Positions 21,777 to 31,526 of a stretch of 64,000 bases of DNA are shown in pieces; position 1 is the stretch's first letter; the number at the start of each line of letters is the position of its first letter. The position numbers and the translations under genes were made by a program. Under the pieces are notes generated by a model that searched no databases, was not told the origin of the DNA, and saw nothing but the letters and a program-made list of their open reading frames with translations. The DNA is from Candidatus Spongiisociaceae bacterium (GTDB lineage Bacteria > Actinomycetota > Acidimicrobiia > Spongiisociales > Spongiisociaceae), in the NCBI GenBank assembly GCA_965262915.1, contig OZ253564.1, positions 352,001 to 416,000 of the forward strand, read 5' to 3'.

Positions 21777-22985
21777 ATGAGGCCTCTCGAAGACATCCGG
21801 GTTGTCGCCGTGGAGCAGTACGGCGCCGGTCCGTTCGGCTCGCTCCATCTCGCCGACCTGGGCGCCGAGATCATCAAGGTCGAGGACCCGCGGTTCGGCG
21901 GCGACATCGGCCGCTACATACCTCCGTTCCAGGAGGGTGAGGACAGCTTGTTCTTCGAGACCTTCAACCGCAACAAGAAGAGCCTCTCCCTCAACCTGTC
22001 GGTCCCGGAGGGCCGCCGCGTCTTCGAGGATCTGGTGGCCAGGAGCGACGCGGTGTTCTCGAACCTCCGGGGGGACGTGCCGGCCAAGCTGCGGATCCGC
22101 TATGACGACCTGGCCGCGGTCAACCGGAGGATCGTGTGCGTCTCGGTGAGCGGGTTCGGGATGACCGGGCCGCTGTCGACCGAGCCGGGCTACGACTACA
22201 TCCTCCAAGGGCTGGCCGGGTGGATGAGCCTGACCGGAGAACCGGAGGGACCGCCCACCAAGACCGGAATATCGCTGGTGGACTACTCGGGAGGATACGT
22301 GGCGGCCATCGCCCTGCTGGCCGGCGTGCACGCCGCCCGGCGCGACGGGAAGGGGATGGACTGCGACATCAGCCTCTACGACGTCGCCGTGTCGCTGCTC
22401 ACCTATCCGGCCACCTGGCACCTCAACAAGGGCTGGCTGCCGGCCCGTACCACTCGATCCGCCCATCCGTCCCTGGTCCCTTTCCAGCTGTTCAAGGGGA
22501 GCGACGGCAACTGGTTCCTGGTGGGGTGCGCCAAGGAGAAGTTCTTCGACCGGGTGGCCGAGACGGTGGGTCGGCCCGAGCTGGCCGACCATCCCGACTA
22601 CGCGACTTTCGCGGATCGGGCGGCGAACCGTGGCGCCCTGATCGGGATCCTCGACGAGCTGTTCGCCCGGCATCCGGCCGGCTACTGGATCGCCCGCTTC
22701 AAGGAGGTGGGTGTCCCGACCGGACCCATCCAGGACGTGCCGTCCGCGCTGAAACACCCCCATACCGCCGCCCGCAAGCTGATCGTCGAGACCTCCCACG
22801 AAGCGTTCGGCACCATGCTCTCGCCGGCCAGCCCGGTCCGGGTGGGTGACCCCGACGACTATTCCTACGTGCGGGCTCCGCACCGCAACGAGCACGCCGA
22901 CGAGATACTGCGGTCGCTGCTCGGCTACGACGACGACACGATCCGCGACTTCTCCGAGAGCGGGGCCTTCGGGGAACCCGGATGA
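21777..22985 (+). CDS. Family III CoA-transferase (CaiB/BaiF)
   Basis: AGPFGSLHLADLGAEIIKVE, NRNKKSL, GYDYILQG, SLVDYSGG. Confidence 0.93.
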   Translation: MRPLEDIRVVAVEQYGAGPFGSLHLADLGAEIIKVEDPRFGGDIGRYIPPFQEGEDSLFFETFNRNKKSLSLNLSVPEGRRVFEDLVARSDAVFSNLRGDVPAKLRIRYDDLAAVNRRIVCVSVSGFGMTGPLSTEPGYDYILQGLAGWMSLTGEPEGPPTKTGISLVDYSGGYVAAIALLAGVHAARRDGKGMDCDISLYDVAVSLLTYPATWHLNKGWLPARTTRSAHPSLVPFQLFKGSDGNWFLVGCAKEKFFDRVAETVGRPELADHPDYATFADRAANRGALIGILDELFARHPAGYWIARFKEVGVPTGPIQDVPSALKHPHTAARKLIVETSHEAFGTMLSPASPVRVGDPDDYSYVRAPHRNEHADEILRSLLGYDDDTIRDFSESGAFGEPG

Positions 22986-24343
22986 CCGACCCGGCGACCC
23001 TCTCCGAACGCTTCGTCGCATGGAGCACCCGTCTGGAAGCAGTCCCGGACGAAGTACGCCGGTTTGCCAGGTGGCACGTCCTCGACGCGTTGGGGACCGG
23101 ACTGGCGGCGGCCCGGCTGGGAGCCGTCGGATTCGCGGTGGAAGAAGCGATGAGCTACCGGACACCGGCCGAGGCGAGCATCCTCGGCCACAGCTCCCGC
23201 CATCCGGCGCCGATGGCCGCCCTCGCCAACGGCACCCTCATCCACGCACTCGACTTCGACGACACCCACGCCGCAGCGATCCTGCACGGCTCGGCCGCGG
23301 TGCTCCCGTCGGTGCTGGCGGTCTCGGAGATCGTCGATGCGGATCTGGACACCGCCGTCGATGCCTACGTGGTGGGCGTCGAGATGGCAGTGAGGGTCGG
23401 TGCGGCTGCTAGCAGGAAGTTCCACAGCCGAGGATTCCACGCAACCAGCGTCGTCGGTATCTTCGGAGCCGCCCTCGCCGCATGCCGCCTGCTCGGCCTG
23501 GGTGCGCCGGCGACGGTCAACGCTCTGGGCATCTCCGGCAGCCAGGCCGCCGGCTCGCTCGAGTTCCTGTCCACCGCCTCCCTGACGAAACCGCTCCACC
23601 CCGGATGGGCCGGCCTATCGGCGGTGATGGCCGCCCGCATGGCTGCCCGGGGCGCGACCGGGCCCGCCAGCATCCTGGAAGGCGGGTGGGGCGTGTACCG
23701 CTCGTACGCCGACACGGCGGTCGACATCGACCGGGTTACCACCGGGCTGGGCGAAGATTGGGAGGCGACGCAGATGACCTGCAAGCCGTATCCGGTCTGC
23801 CAGTACTCCCACGCCACCCTCGACACGCTGGCGCTGCTGCCCGACGACCTGAACCCACGGCGTATCAGCCGTATCGACATCGGTCTCCCCAAGGATTCGC
23901 TGGTGGTGGTCGCCGAGCCCAGGGAAGCCCGGCTGAGGCCGCGCACCACCCACGAAGCCAAGTTCAGCGTGCAGTGGAACGTCGCCACCCTGCTTCTCGA
24001 CGGGTACCTGAGTGTCGACCACTTCACGGGGGCACAACTCACCAGAGAGGATGTACGTCAGTTGGCCGCCAAGGTATTCGTGTATCGGCGGCCCTTCGAA
24101 GGGTCGCTCGGCGAAGCCCCCGGCGACGTCAGGGTCACCCTCGACGGTGGTGAGATCATCGCCCGAACCGTGACCAGTAGCTCCGCCACCCCGGGCCAAC
24201 CCGTCGACGAAGGCGCCCTCCTCGACAAGTTCCTTTCGAACGTGGCGGGGTCGGTCGACAACGCGGAGGGTATGGCCAAGCTGGTGATCGAGGACGGTGG
24301 GCTACCCGTCAGGGAGCTCATGTCCATGACGGGACGTCGATGA
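22982..24343 (+). CDS. MmgE/PrpD family protein
   Basis: ANGTLIHALDFDDTH, RGFHAT, KPYPVC, EAKFS. Confidence 0.92.
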   Translation: MTDPATLSERFVAWSTRLEAVPDEVRRFARWHVLDALGTGLAAARLGAVGFAVEEAMSYRTPAEASILGHSSRHPAPMAALANGTLIHALDFDDTHAAAILHGSAAVLPSVLAVSEIVDADLDTAVDAYVVGVEMAVRVGAAASRKFHSRGFHATSVVGIFGAALAACRLLGLGAPATVNALGISGSQAAGSLEFLSTASLTKPLHPGWAGLSAVMAARMAARGATGPASILEGGWGVYRSYADTAVDIDRVTTGLGEDWEATQMTCKPYPVCQYSHATLDTLALLPDDLNPRRISRIDIGLPKDSLVVVAEPREARLRPRTTHEAKFSVQWNVATLLLDGYLSVDHFTGAQLTREDVRQLAAKVFVYRRPFEGSLGEAPGDVRVTLDGGEIIARTVTSSSATPGQPVDEGALLDKFLSNVAGSVDNAEGMAKLVIEDGGLPVRELMSMTGRR

Positions 24344-25533
24344 CCCCCGCCGCTATCAGGCCGGACAGGTTCCCGTGGTTCGACTACTCGCGTTACTCCT
24401 TCTCGCTGGGCCTCTCGCTCGGACCCGACCGCGCCACCCTGTCCGGCCACTCGGCTTCGGCGTACGACCCGGAGCGAGCCCGGATCGTGGTCGACGGGGG
24501 GATGGCGTGCCAGACCCGCACGGCCTACCGAAAGATCGGGAGGATCCTTCGGGCCGCCGGGCTGGGCTTCGAGGACGTGGTCCGGGTGGTGGAGAACGTG
24601 ACCGTCGCAGGTATAGACCACTACGCCGCGGCCGAGGCCGTCCGAGGCGAGGTGTTCGGTCCGCACCGACCCGCAGTGAACACCGTGGTCGTCCACCGCC
24701 TGCTGCGGCCTGCCGCTCTGATCGAGATCGAAGTGACCGCCGACCGGGGTGGAGGCAGTGGCTGTGGTGGGGAAGGATCCGGAAGGGAGGCCTACGCTGC
24801 AGCCCGTTCCGCCGGAGAGGTGGTGTACCTCAGTACGGTCCTCCCCTACAACCAATCGGGGGTCTTGGTAGGCGAGGGAGACCCGGAGGCGCAGGTGCGC
24901 CAGATCTTCCGAAACGCCGACCGGGTACTGGACGCATGCGGGCTCCGCATGAGCAACGTGGTCAAGACCTTGGAGATGATCCGCCCCGAAGCCCTCGATG
25001 GCTATCGCTACACCGGCCGTCCGCGTAGAGAGTTCCTCGGTCCGGTGTACCCGGGCGCGGCCGGGATCCTCCAGGACAGGGTGGCGCCCGACGACCGGGT
25101 CCTGATCTCCTACGACTTCACCGCCTCGCGCGCCCCGGCGGTGTCGGTGAACCCGGGATGGGACCGCTACCGGAAGCTGACCTATTCGCCCGCGGTGCGA
25201 TCCGGTGACATGCTGTTCATGTCGGGCCAGGCGGCCCTCGATCCGGAGACAGGTCGCGCGTTGTTTCCCGGCGATGTGGCGGCCCAGGCGGAGTACACGT
25301 ACTCCAACATTCTCAAGGTGCTCGACGCGGCCGATATGGAACCCCGAAACCTGATCAAGACCATCGAGTACGTGACCCCGCAGGGTCTCACCGGATACCG
25401 CGATGTCGCCGGGGTGCGGCGCAGACTCCTCACCGAACCATGGCCTGCCTCGACCGGCGCATTGTGCCACTCGTTGCTGAGGAAGGAGTTCCTCATCGAG
25501 ATCGACCCGATGGCCATGGCCTTCCCCCGCTAG
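24340..25533 (+). CDS. Three-domain Rid (YjgF/YER057c/UK114) family protein
   Basis: Three consecutive Rid-like units ending LIEIEVTA, LISYDFTA and LIEIDPMA; YSPAVRSGDMLFMSGQ. Confidence 0.85.
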   Translation: MTPAAIRPDRFPWFDYSRYSFSLGLSLGPDRATLSGHSASAYDPERARIVVDGGMACQTRTAYRKIGRILRAAGLGFEDVVRVVENVTVAGIDHYAAAEAVRGEVFGPHRPAVNTVVVHRLLRPAALIEIEVTADRGGGSGCGGEGSGREAYAAARSAGEVVYLSTVLPYNQSGVLVGEGDPEAQVRQIFRNADRVLDACGLRMSNVVKTLEMIRPEALDGYRYTGRPRREFLGPVYPGAAGILQDRVAPDDRVLISYDFTASRAPAVSVNPGWDRYRKLTYSPAVRSGDMLFMSGQAALDPETGRALFPGDVAAQAEYTYSNILKVLDAADMEPRNLIKTIEYVTPQGLTGYRDVAGVRRRLLTEPWPASTGALCHSLLRKEFLIEIDPMAMAFPR

Positions 25534-25546
25534 ACGGTACGGACAG

Positions 25547-26698
25547 GTGCCGGGCCGGGAAGCCGCCATCGTCGGGGTCGGGGAATCCGACCTCGGTGTA
25601 ACAGGACGGTCGATCTACCAACTCCAGACCCAGGCCGCCGGCGCCGCCCTCGCCGAAGCCGGGCTGGGGATCTCGGACGTGGACGGCCTCGCCACCACCG
25701 GGGTGGAGCGTTTCAGCGCCACCGCGATGGCCGAGTACTGGGGGATCCAACCGGCCTGGGTCTCGTCGACGATGGAGGGCGGGTCCTCCTTCGAGTTCAT
25801 GGCCGGAGCGGCGGTGGACGCCATCCGCTCGAGGCGTTGTGACGTGGTGCTCATCTCCTATGGTTCCAACCAACGCTCGGTGGCCAGCCGTCGCCTGGGA
25901 GGGTTAACCCAGCCCCACACGCCTACGGCCCAGTACGAGGCGCCGTACGGGGTGCTGAGTCCGCTGTCGCTCTACGCCATGGCGGCCCAGCGCCACTTCC
26001 ACGAGTACGGAACCACGAGCGAACACCTGGCCGAGATCGCGGTTGCCGCCCGCGAGTGGGCTTTGCTCAATCCCAAGGCCTACCGGTACCGAGCCGGGCC
26101 TATCACCGTTGACGATGTCCTGGCCTCCCCGATGATCTCCACACCCCTCCACCGGCTGGACTGCTGCCTGGTCGTCGATGGTGGCGGCGCCGTGGTGCTG
26201 ACCTCCCTCGATCGGGCCCGGGATCTGCCCAAGGCCCCCGTGAGGGTGCTGGGATGCGGTCAGAGCACCACCCACATATCGATGTCGCAGATGCCCGATC
26301 TGACCCGGACCGGCGCCGTCGAGGCCGGGGCCCGGGCGTTTGCCGAGGCGGGCGTCGGACCGGAAGACGTGGACGTGGCCGAGCTGTATGACAGCTTCAC
26401 CGTCACGGTATTGCTTACCCTCGAGGCGCTGGGTTTCTGCGGTCGCGGCGAGGGAGGGGCCTTCGCGGCGGACGGCCGGACCAAGCCCGGGGGTTCCTTC
26501 CCGATGAACACCAACGGCGGCGGCCTCTCCTATTGCCATCCCGGCATGTACGGGGTGCTACTGCTGGTGGAGGCGGTGCGCCAGTTGCGGGGCGAAGCCG
26601 GGGATCGCCAGGTTCCCGACGCCCAAGTAGCCCTGGCCCACGGTACAGGCGGGTTGCTGTCCACTCACGGTACGGTGATCCTGGGGCTCGACCGATGA
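25547..26698 (+). CDS. SCP2-type thiolase family protein
   Basis: LHRLDCCLVVDGGGA, ELYDSFT, NTNGGGLS, HPGMYG. Confidence 0.9.
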   Translation: MPGREAAIVGVGESDLGVTGRSIYQLQTQAAGAALAEAGLGISDVDGLATTGVERFSATAMAEYWGIQPAWVSSTMEGGSSFEFMAGAAVDAIRSRRCDVVLISYGSNQRSVASRRLGGLTQPHTPTAQYEAPYGVLSPLSLYAMAAQRHFHEYGTTSEHLAEIAVAAREWALLNPKAYRYRAGPITVDDVLASPMISTPLHRLDCCLVVDGGGAVVLTSLDRARDLPKAPVRVLGCGQSTTHISMSQMPDLTRTGAVEAGARAFAEAGVGPEDVDVAELYDSFTVTVLLTLEALGFCGRGEGGAFAADGRTKPGGSFPMNTNGGGLSYCHPGMYGVLLLVEAVRQLRGEAGDRQVPDAQVALAHGTGGLLSTHGTVILGLDR

Positions 26699-27084
26699 TC
26701 CCGGATATCTCGCCCGAAGCCCGAGAGTGGTGGGAGGCGACCAGGACCCGCCGCCTCCTGGTCCAGTCGTGCCGGTCCTGCGGGCACCGCCAGCACTACC
26801 CGCGGGCGATGTGCGTACGGTGCGGGAGCGTGGACCTGGGTTGGATCGAGGCTACGGGCGGGGCCACCATCTACTCGTTCACCCACAGTTACCGATCTCC
26901 GGACCCCGCCACCTTCGAGCCGCCCTACACGATTGCCATCGTCACGCTCGACGAGGGGCCCCGGCTGCTGGCTACGGTGACCGGAACGGGAATACGATGC
27001 GATACGCGGGTACGGCTCGGTTGGAGACCGCTGGGTGACGGCCGACACCTTCCCGTTTTTGAAACCGACCCGGAGGAGAGCTGA
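26695..27084 (+). CDS. Zn-ribbon/OB-fold (DUF35, ChsH2-like) protein
   Basis: CRSCG...YPRAMCVRCG, VTLDEGPR; ATGA-coupled to the thiolase. Confidence 0.88.
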   Translation: MIPDISPEAREWWEATRTRRLLVQSCRSCGHRQHYPRAMCVRCGSVDLGWIEATGGATIYSFTHSYRSPDPATFEPPYTIAIVTLDEGPRLLATVTGTGIRCDTRVRLGWRPLGDGRHLPVFETDPEES

Positions 27085-28247
27085 TGGACTTCAGTCTGAG
27101 CGACGAGCACGCCCTATTTCGCTCCACCGTTCGCGAGTTCGTAGACCGTGAAATACGGCCTGTGGCCATCGAATGGGAGCACAGCGGCCGCTATCCCACC
27201 GAGATAGTCGAGACCATGAAGCAACTGGGCCTGTTCGGCCTCACCGTTCCCGAGGAGTACGGCGGTCTGGGGGCCGACCTGATCACTCTGGCGATCGTGT
27301 TCGAGGAGATCAGCCGCGGGTGGATGGGAATCGCCGGGATCCTCGGCAGCCACACCCTCTCGTGCTTCATGATCGCCAAACACGGCACCGAGGAACAGCG
27401 CCGGACCTACCTGCCGGACCTGGCAACCGGCGCTCGCCGTACCGGCCTCGCCCTGACGGAGCCCGATGCCGGGACCGACCTGCAAGGCATCAAGACCAGG
27501 GCAGTCCGGGACGGTGACGACTACGTGATCCAGGGCACCAAGATGTGGATCACCAACGCTCGTCACGCCGACCCGCTCCCGGTCCTCGTCAAGACCGATC
27601 CCGAAGCCGTCCCGCCACATCGCGGGATGAGCGTGCTCCTGGTCGAGGCCGGGACGCCTGGTTTCTCGGTATCCCGTGATCTCCCGAAGTTGGGTTACAA
27701 GGGAACCGAGAGCTGCGAGGTGGTGCTCGACGACGTGCGCGTCCCGTCGGCCAACCTCTTGGGAGGAATGGAGGGCCGCGGCCTGCAGCAGGTTCTGGGC
27801 GGCCTCGAGATCGGACGCATCAACATCGCCGCGCGCGGGGTGGGTATAGCACATGAGGCCTATAGCCAGGCGCTGGCCTACAGCCGGGAACGGCACGCTT
27901 TCGGCCAGCCGATCTCCGGTTTCCAGGCAATACAGATGAAGCTGGCCGAGATGGCCACCAAGGTGCAGGCAGCCCGGCTGCTGACCTGGTGGGCGGCCGC
28001 CGAGGCCGACAAGGGCAAGCGGGTTGATATCGAGGCGGGCATGGCCAAGTACTTCGCTTCGGAAGCGGGGGTGGAGAACGCCATCGACTCCATGAGGATC
28101 CACGGCGGCATGGGCTACTCCCAGGAACTCGACATCGAGCGCCTCTACCGGGACGCTCCCTTGATGGTCATCGGTGAGGGAACCAACGACATACTGAAGA
28201 TGGTCATCGCCAAGGGACTCGTGTCGGAGCGGGCAGTAATTGATTAG
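27084..28247 (+). CDS. Acyl-CoA dehydrogenase
   Basis: LALTEPDAGTD, GTKMWITN, FQAIQMKLAEM, IHGGMGY, IGEGTNDI. Confidence 0.95.
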   Translation: MDFSLSDEHALFRSTVREFVDREIRPVAIEWEHSGRYPTEIVETMKQLGLFGLTVPEEYGGLGADLITLAIVFEEISRGWMGIAGILGSHTLSCFMIAKHGTEEQRRTYLPDLATGARRTGLALTEPDAGTDLQGIKTRAVRDGDDYVIQGTKMWITNARHADPLPVLVKTDPEAVPPHRGMSVLLVEAGTPGFSVSRDLPKLGYKGTESCEVVLDDVRVPSANLLGGMEGRGLQQVLGGLEIGRINIAARGVGIAHEAYSQALAYSRERHAFGQPISGFQAIQMKLAEMATKVQAARLLTWWAAAEADKGKRVDIEAGMAKYFASEAGVENAIDSMRIHGGMGYSQELDIERLYRDAPLMVIGEGTNDILKMVIAKGLVSERAVID

Positions 28248-28266
28248 GTGCCGGGTGCCAGGGGCC
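28246..28266 (+). repeat. Short degenerate heptamer array overlapping a stop codon
   Basis: AGGTGCC GGGTGCC AGGGGCC beginning inside TAG 28245-28247. Confidence 0.7.
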
Positions 28267-28370
28267 AGTCGGGTAGTCGGCGGCCGGCGATCCCTTAGCG
28301 GCGGGATCTCCCTCGTCGTGCCCTTCGGCGGGCATATAGTGGAAGCGCAGTCAGAATAGGGAGAGGGAGG

Positions 28371-28964
28371 GTGGTCGGCTTGCCTTCGAGACTTCGGAAA
28401 CAACTCCTCGAAATACTCACCGAGAAAGCCCTGCGCGCCCTTGACAGGCCAGTGCGGCTGTCCTCCGGCGCGTGGTCCTCCCATTTCGTCGACGGCAAGG
28501 AGGGCTTGGCGGCCTGGCGAGATCTTCATGTTGCATCCCAAGCAATCGTCGAGACCGTCACCGACGCCGGGTTTTCTTTCGATGCTGTCGGGGGCCTTAC
28601 TATGGGTGCCGACGCTTTATCCGTTGGAGTAGCTGCTGTGAGCGACACCAGTTGGTTCGCCATTCGCAAAAAGCCCAAGGAACACGGCACAAAAAGGCGG
28701 ATCGAGGGCGCGCGGCTAGAGCCGGGCGTCAAGATACTCCTCGTCGACGACGTGGTAACAACGGGCGGGTCGATCCTCAAGGCCTTGGGTGTCGTCCAAG
28801 GGACCGGTGCGGATATCGTGGCAGCAGTAACCCTCGTAGATCGAGGTGACCTGGCACGCGCGAAACTGCGAGAACGTGGAATCGCCTACTTCCCTATGGC
28901 AACGTATGAGGACCTCGGCATAGAGCCGGTGACGTTTGGAGTCGTGGCTAGCGCGACTGGCTGA
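28371..28964 (+). CDS. pyrE: Orotate phosphoribosyltransferase-like PRTase
   Basis: LSSG, VGGLTMGAD, RKKPKEHG, LLVDDVVTTGGS (PRPP loop), LVDR. Confidence 0.75.
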   Translation: MVGLPSRLRKQLLEILTEKALRALDRPVRLSSGAWSSHFVDGKEGLAAWRDLHVASQAIVETVTDAGFSFDAVGGLTMGADALSVGVAAVSDTSWFAIRKKPKEHGTKRRIEGARLEPGVKILLVDDVVTTGGSILKALGVVQGTGADIVAAVTLVDRGDLARAKLRERGIAYFPMATYEDLGIEPVTFGVVASATG

Positions 28965-29307
28965 GGACGGCCTCGTTGCCTTCCCGCCAGCCGAGCTCAA
29001 CTCGCTCGCGACGTGGTGCCGCGAGTACTGCTGGGCCTCTGGGCATGTTGCCTATTGCGTGCTGAGCGATCTGTTCTGGAAGCTCCACGTCGCGTGGGAG
29101 GGACCGATCCGGCTGGCCACCGCAGACGCGATGACTTCCGCCCTTGCTCGCGATATCCCAACGATTCTGGAAAGCGACACCGACACGGGCCGCTTTGTCG
29201 CCTTGGCCCTGCGGGAGGAGATCCTCCATATCCTCTCCTCACAGCCACGTCGATTGCCGTTCGGGGGTCAGTGGCCGGCATCTACTTCCCGGTCGGGTAG
29301 TCGGTAG
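28936..29307 (+). CDS. Hypothetical protein
   Basis: Protein-like composition, overlaps the end of the PRTase gene; no recognised motif. Confidence 0.4.
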   Translation: MESWLARLAEDGLVAFPPAELNSLATWCREYCWASGHVAYCVLSDLFWKLHVAWEGPIRLATADAMTSALARDIPTILESDTDTGRFVALALREEILHILSSQPRRLPFGGQWPASTSRSGSR

Positions 29308-29336
29308 GTAATTGCCAGGTGGAGAGTCGGTGGTAG

Positions 29337-29909
29337 GTGGTCAGGGAGATGATCCCGGTTGGAGTCCGCGGTTTGCTAATCGCGCCGGTGCTATTGCTCG
29401 CTTCCTGCGCGACGAACGTTGCCGTGTACTCCGCCGATGTCTCCGTGGATGACATGAGGCTCAGGCTGACCCTGCAAACCTGCAACCCTTCCTCGGTGTC
29501 GACATACGTGACGGATGTCGGCCACCGAGTCGAGCTGGCCGTTGCGGCTTATCCCTCCAGGCTGTTGGGTGGTCCCGACTGTCAACACCTTTCCATAGTC
29601 GCCCTCCCGGAGCCACTCGGTGACCGCGACGTCTTCGACAGGTCGGCTCGCAACGTGGTCCCGGTGTCCCTGTCGTCCCGGGATTGGCCGTACGACCGGG
29701 ATCGGTTCACGATGGCCGACTACGAGACTGCTCTCGCCGCGATGGTGGCCTGTCTCGAGTCACGCGATCCGGCGATCCAGGCCGCGATCGTCGACGATCT
29801 CGACTGGCCTACCTACGAGTGGCACAAGGAGCGAGACGAACGGGGCAACATGTCGGCGCCGGCCGTCGGCGCGTGCCGTCGCGACCACCTCCACCCCCTG
29901 CGTGGCTAG
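29337..29909 (+). CDS. Hypothetical lipoprotein
   Basis: Lipobox LLASC after a hydrophobic stretch; paired Cys residues. Confidence 0.6.
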   Translation: MVREMIPVGVRGLLIAPVLLLASCATNVAVYSADVSVDDMRLRLTLQTCNPSSVSTYVTDVGHRVELAVAAYPSRLLGGPDCQHLSIVALPEPLGDRDVFDRSARNVVPVSLSSRDWPYDRDRFTMADYETALAAMVACLESRDPAIQAAIVDDLDWPTYEWHKERDERGNMSAPAVGACRRDHLHPLRG

Positions 29910-30934
29910 GCGGCTCCAGGAGCGTCGCTCCCGAAGGTTGCGATGAGGGACGCTTGGGCGGCTCGGGTTACCCGCTTCGAAACGAAGTGGGTGGGGGCAC
30001 TGAGCTTCACAGCGTCGACCAGTCCCTCGTAGGCGGCCAGTTTCTCGCGGGCCCGTTCCGGCGTTCCAGAGATGGTCAGGGCATCGACCATCTCGTCGGG
30101 GACGGCCTCGATCATTCCCCTGATGTCGCCCTCCCTGAACGCGGCCTGAACCCGGCGGGCCTCCTCCTCGAACCCGTGGAAGGCGAAGAACCCGGTGTAG
30201 GTCTTCACCGAGGCGTAGAAGGCCACCAGGCCGGCGGTGTTGCGAAGGGCCTCCCTGCCGTCGGGCAGGACCATCCCGCAGGCCGACGCCACGAGATCGA
30301 TCCGGCCGCGTGCGCGGTCCGCCTGATCCAGGCCGGCCACGATGTTGGGGAGTATCCGCCCCCTGACGTACTCCGGGGAGCCGAGTTCGTGGGCCAGCCA
30401 TCCGTCGGCGGTCCGGCCGGCCAGGCGGGTCATCTGATCCCCCACCGCCGCCAGGTACACCGGGATCTCGGTCCGCCGCGGCTCGAAGGCGCGCCGGTAC
30501 CCGCGCAGGTCGATCGAGGCCGCCCCTTCGTGGCGGATCGGGCGGCCCTTGTGCGCACCGGCGATGAGAGAACGGACGATATGTACTGTGTCGTCCAGGC
30601 GGCGGATGGGCCGGTCCCACTGCACGTCGAGCCACGCCTCGTTGAGGCGGCGCACCCCGCTTCCGAGGCCGAGCACCAGCCTCCCGCCGCTCAACTCGTC
30701 GAGGTCCAGTGCGGTCAGGGCGGTCACCATCGGGCTGCGGGGAAAGGCCCAGGCGATTCCCGTACCCAGCCGGATCTCGGAGGTCGCCCCGGCCATCACC
30801 GCCACGGGAATGAAGGCTGAGCGGTCGAGTTCGGCCGACCACAGGGTCCGGAACCCGGCCCGCTCGGCGGACGCCGCCACCCTCTCGAGCTCGGGAAACG
30901 AATCGGACCAGATGTAGAGGTCGAGGTCCATCAA
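29906..30934 (-). CDS. LLM-class (luciferase-like, probably F420-dependent) oxidoreductase
   Basis: AERAGFRTLWSAE, IRLGTGIA, LDELSGGRLVLGLG, AGRTADG. Confidence 0.9.
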   Translation of the reverse strand: MMDLDLYIWSDSFPELERVAASAERAGFRTLWSAELDRSAFIPVAVMAGATSEIRLGTGIAWAFPRSPMVTALTALDLDELSGGRLVLGLGSGVRRLNEAWLDVQWDRPIRRLDDTVHIVRSLIAGAHKGRPIRHEGAASIDLRGYRRAFEPRRTEIPVYLAAVGDQMTRLAGRTADGWLAHELGSPEYVRGRILPNIVAGLDQADRARGRIDLVASACGMVLPDGREALRNTAGLVAFYASVKTYTGFFAFHGFEEEARRVQAAFREGDIRGMIEAVPDEMVDALTISGTPERAREKLAAYEGLVDAVKLSAPTHFVSKRVTRAAQASLIATFGSDAPGAA

Positions 30935-31455
30935 TCACCCAGCTCCTCGATGGGGACGTCCGGCTCCGGCCAGTAGCCCTTGTCCTGGGTGGCGGTCCGC
31001 TTGTAGATGAAGATCGAACGCTCGTAGACCACCACCGTCGTGCCGTCCTGGTTGAGGCCGCGAGTGCGGACCTTCACGATTCCGCCGTAGGGCCGCGACT
31101 TCGACTCCCGTTTGTCGAGCACCTGGGACTCGACGTACAGGGTGTCGCCTACCAGCACGGGGTGGGTGAGGCGGATCCGGTCCCAGCCCAGGTTGGCGAA
31201 TGCCTTCTGCGAGGTGTCGATCACGCTCATCCCCAGGACGATGGCCAGGGTGACTCCCGAGTTGACGATGGGCTTCCCGAACGGAGTGGTCTCCGCGTAG
31301 TGATAGTTGAAGTGGGACTGGTTGGTGTTCATGGTGAGCAACGTCATCCAGACGTTGTCGGCCTCGGTGATGGTGCGGCCCAGCGACGACCGGTACACGT
31401 CTCCGATCTCGAAGTCCTCGTAGTACCGCCCGTACCAGGTTTCCTTATACGGCAT
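30931..31455 (-). CDS. MaoC-family (R)-hydratase, RipB-like
   Basis: GRYYEDFEIG, RTITEADN, NTNQSHFN, ANLGW. Confidence 0.9.
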   Translation of the reverse strand: MPYKETWYGRYYEDFEIGDVYRSSLGRTITEADNVWMTLLTMNTNQSHFNYHYAETTPFGKPIVNSGVTLAIVLGMSVIDTSQKAFANLGWDRIRLTHPVLVGDTLYVESQVLDKRESKSRPYGGIVKVRTRGLNQDGTTVVVYERSIFIYKRTATQDKGYWPEPDVPIEELGD

Positions 31456-31526
31456 GCCGACTCCTTACATCCTTCGCTCGGCCAGACAATAGATGGCGGC
31501 CGGTGGCGGGTGTTCGGCAGGCAGTG

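Noticed and set aside
20823-23165. Long antisense or alternate-frame ORFs (e.g. 20823-23165, 27114-28541, 58686-60992)
   Set aside because: Shadow ORFs of high-GC genes that have clear family motifs on the other strand or frame.
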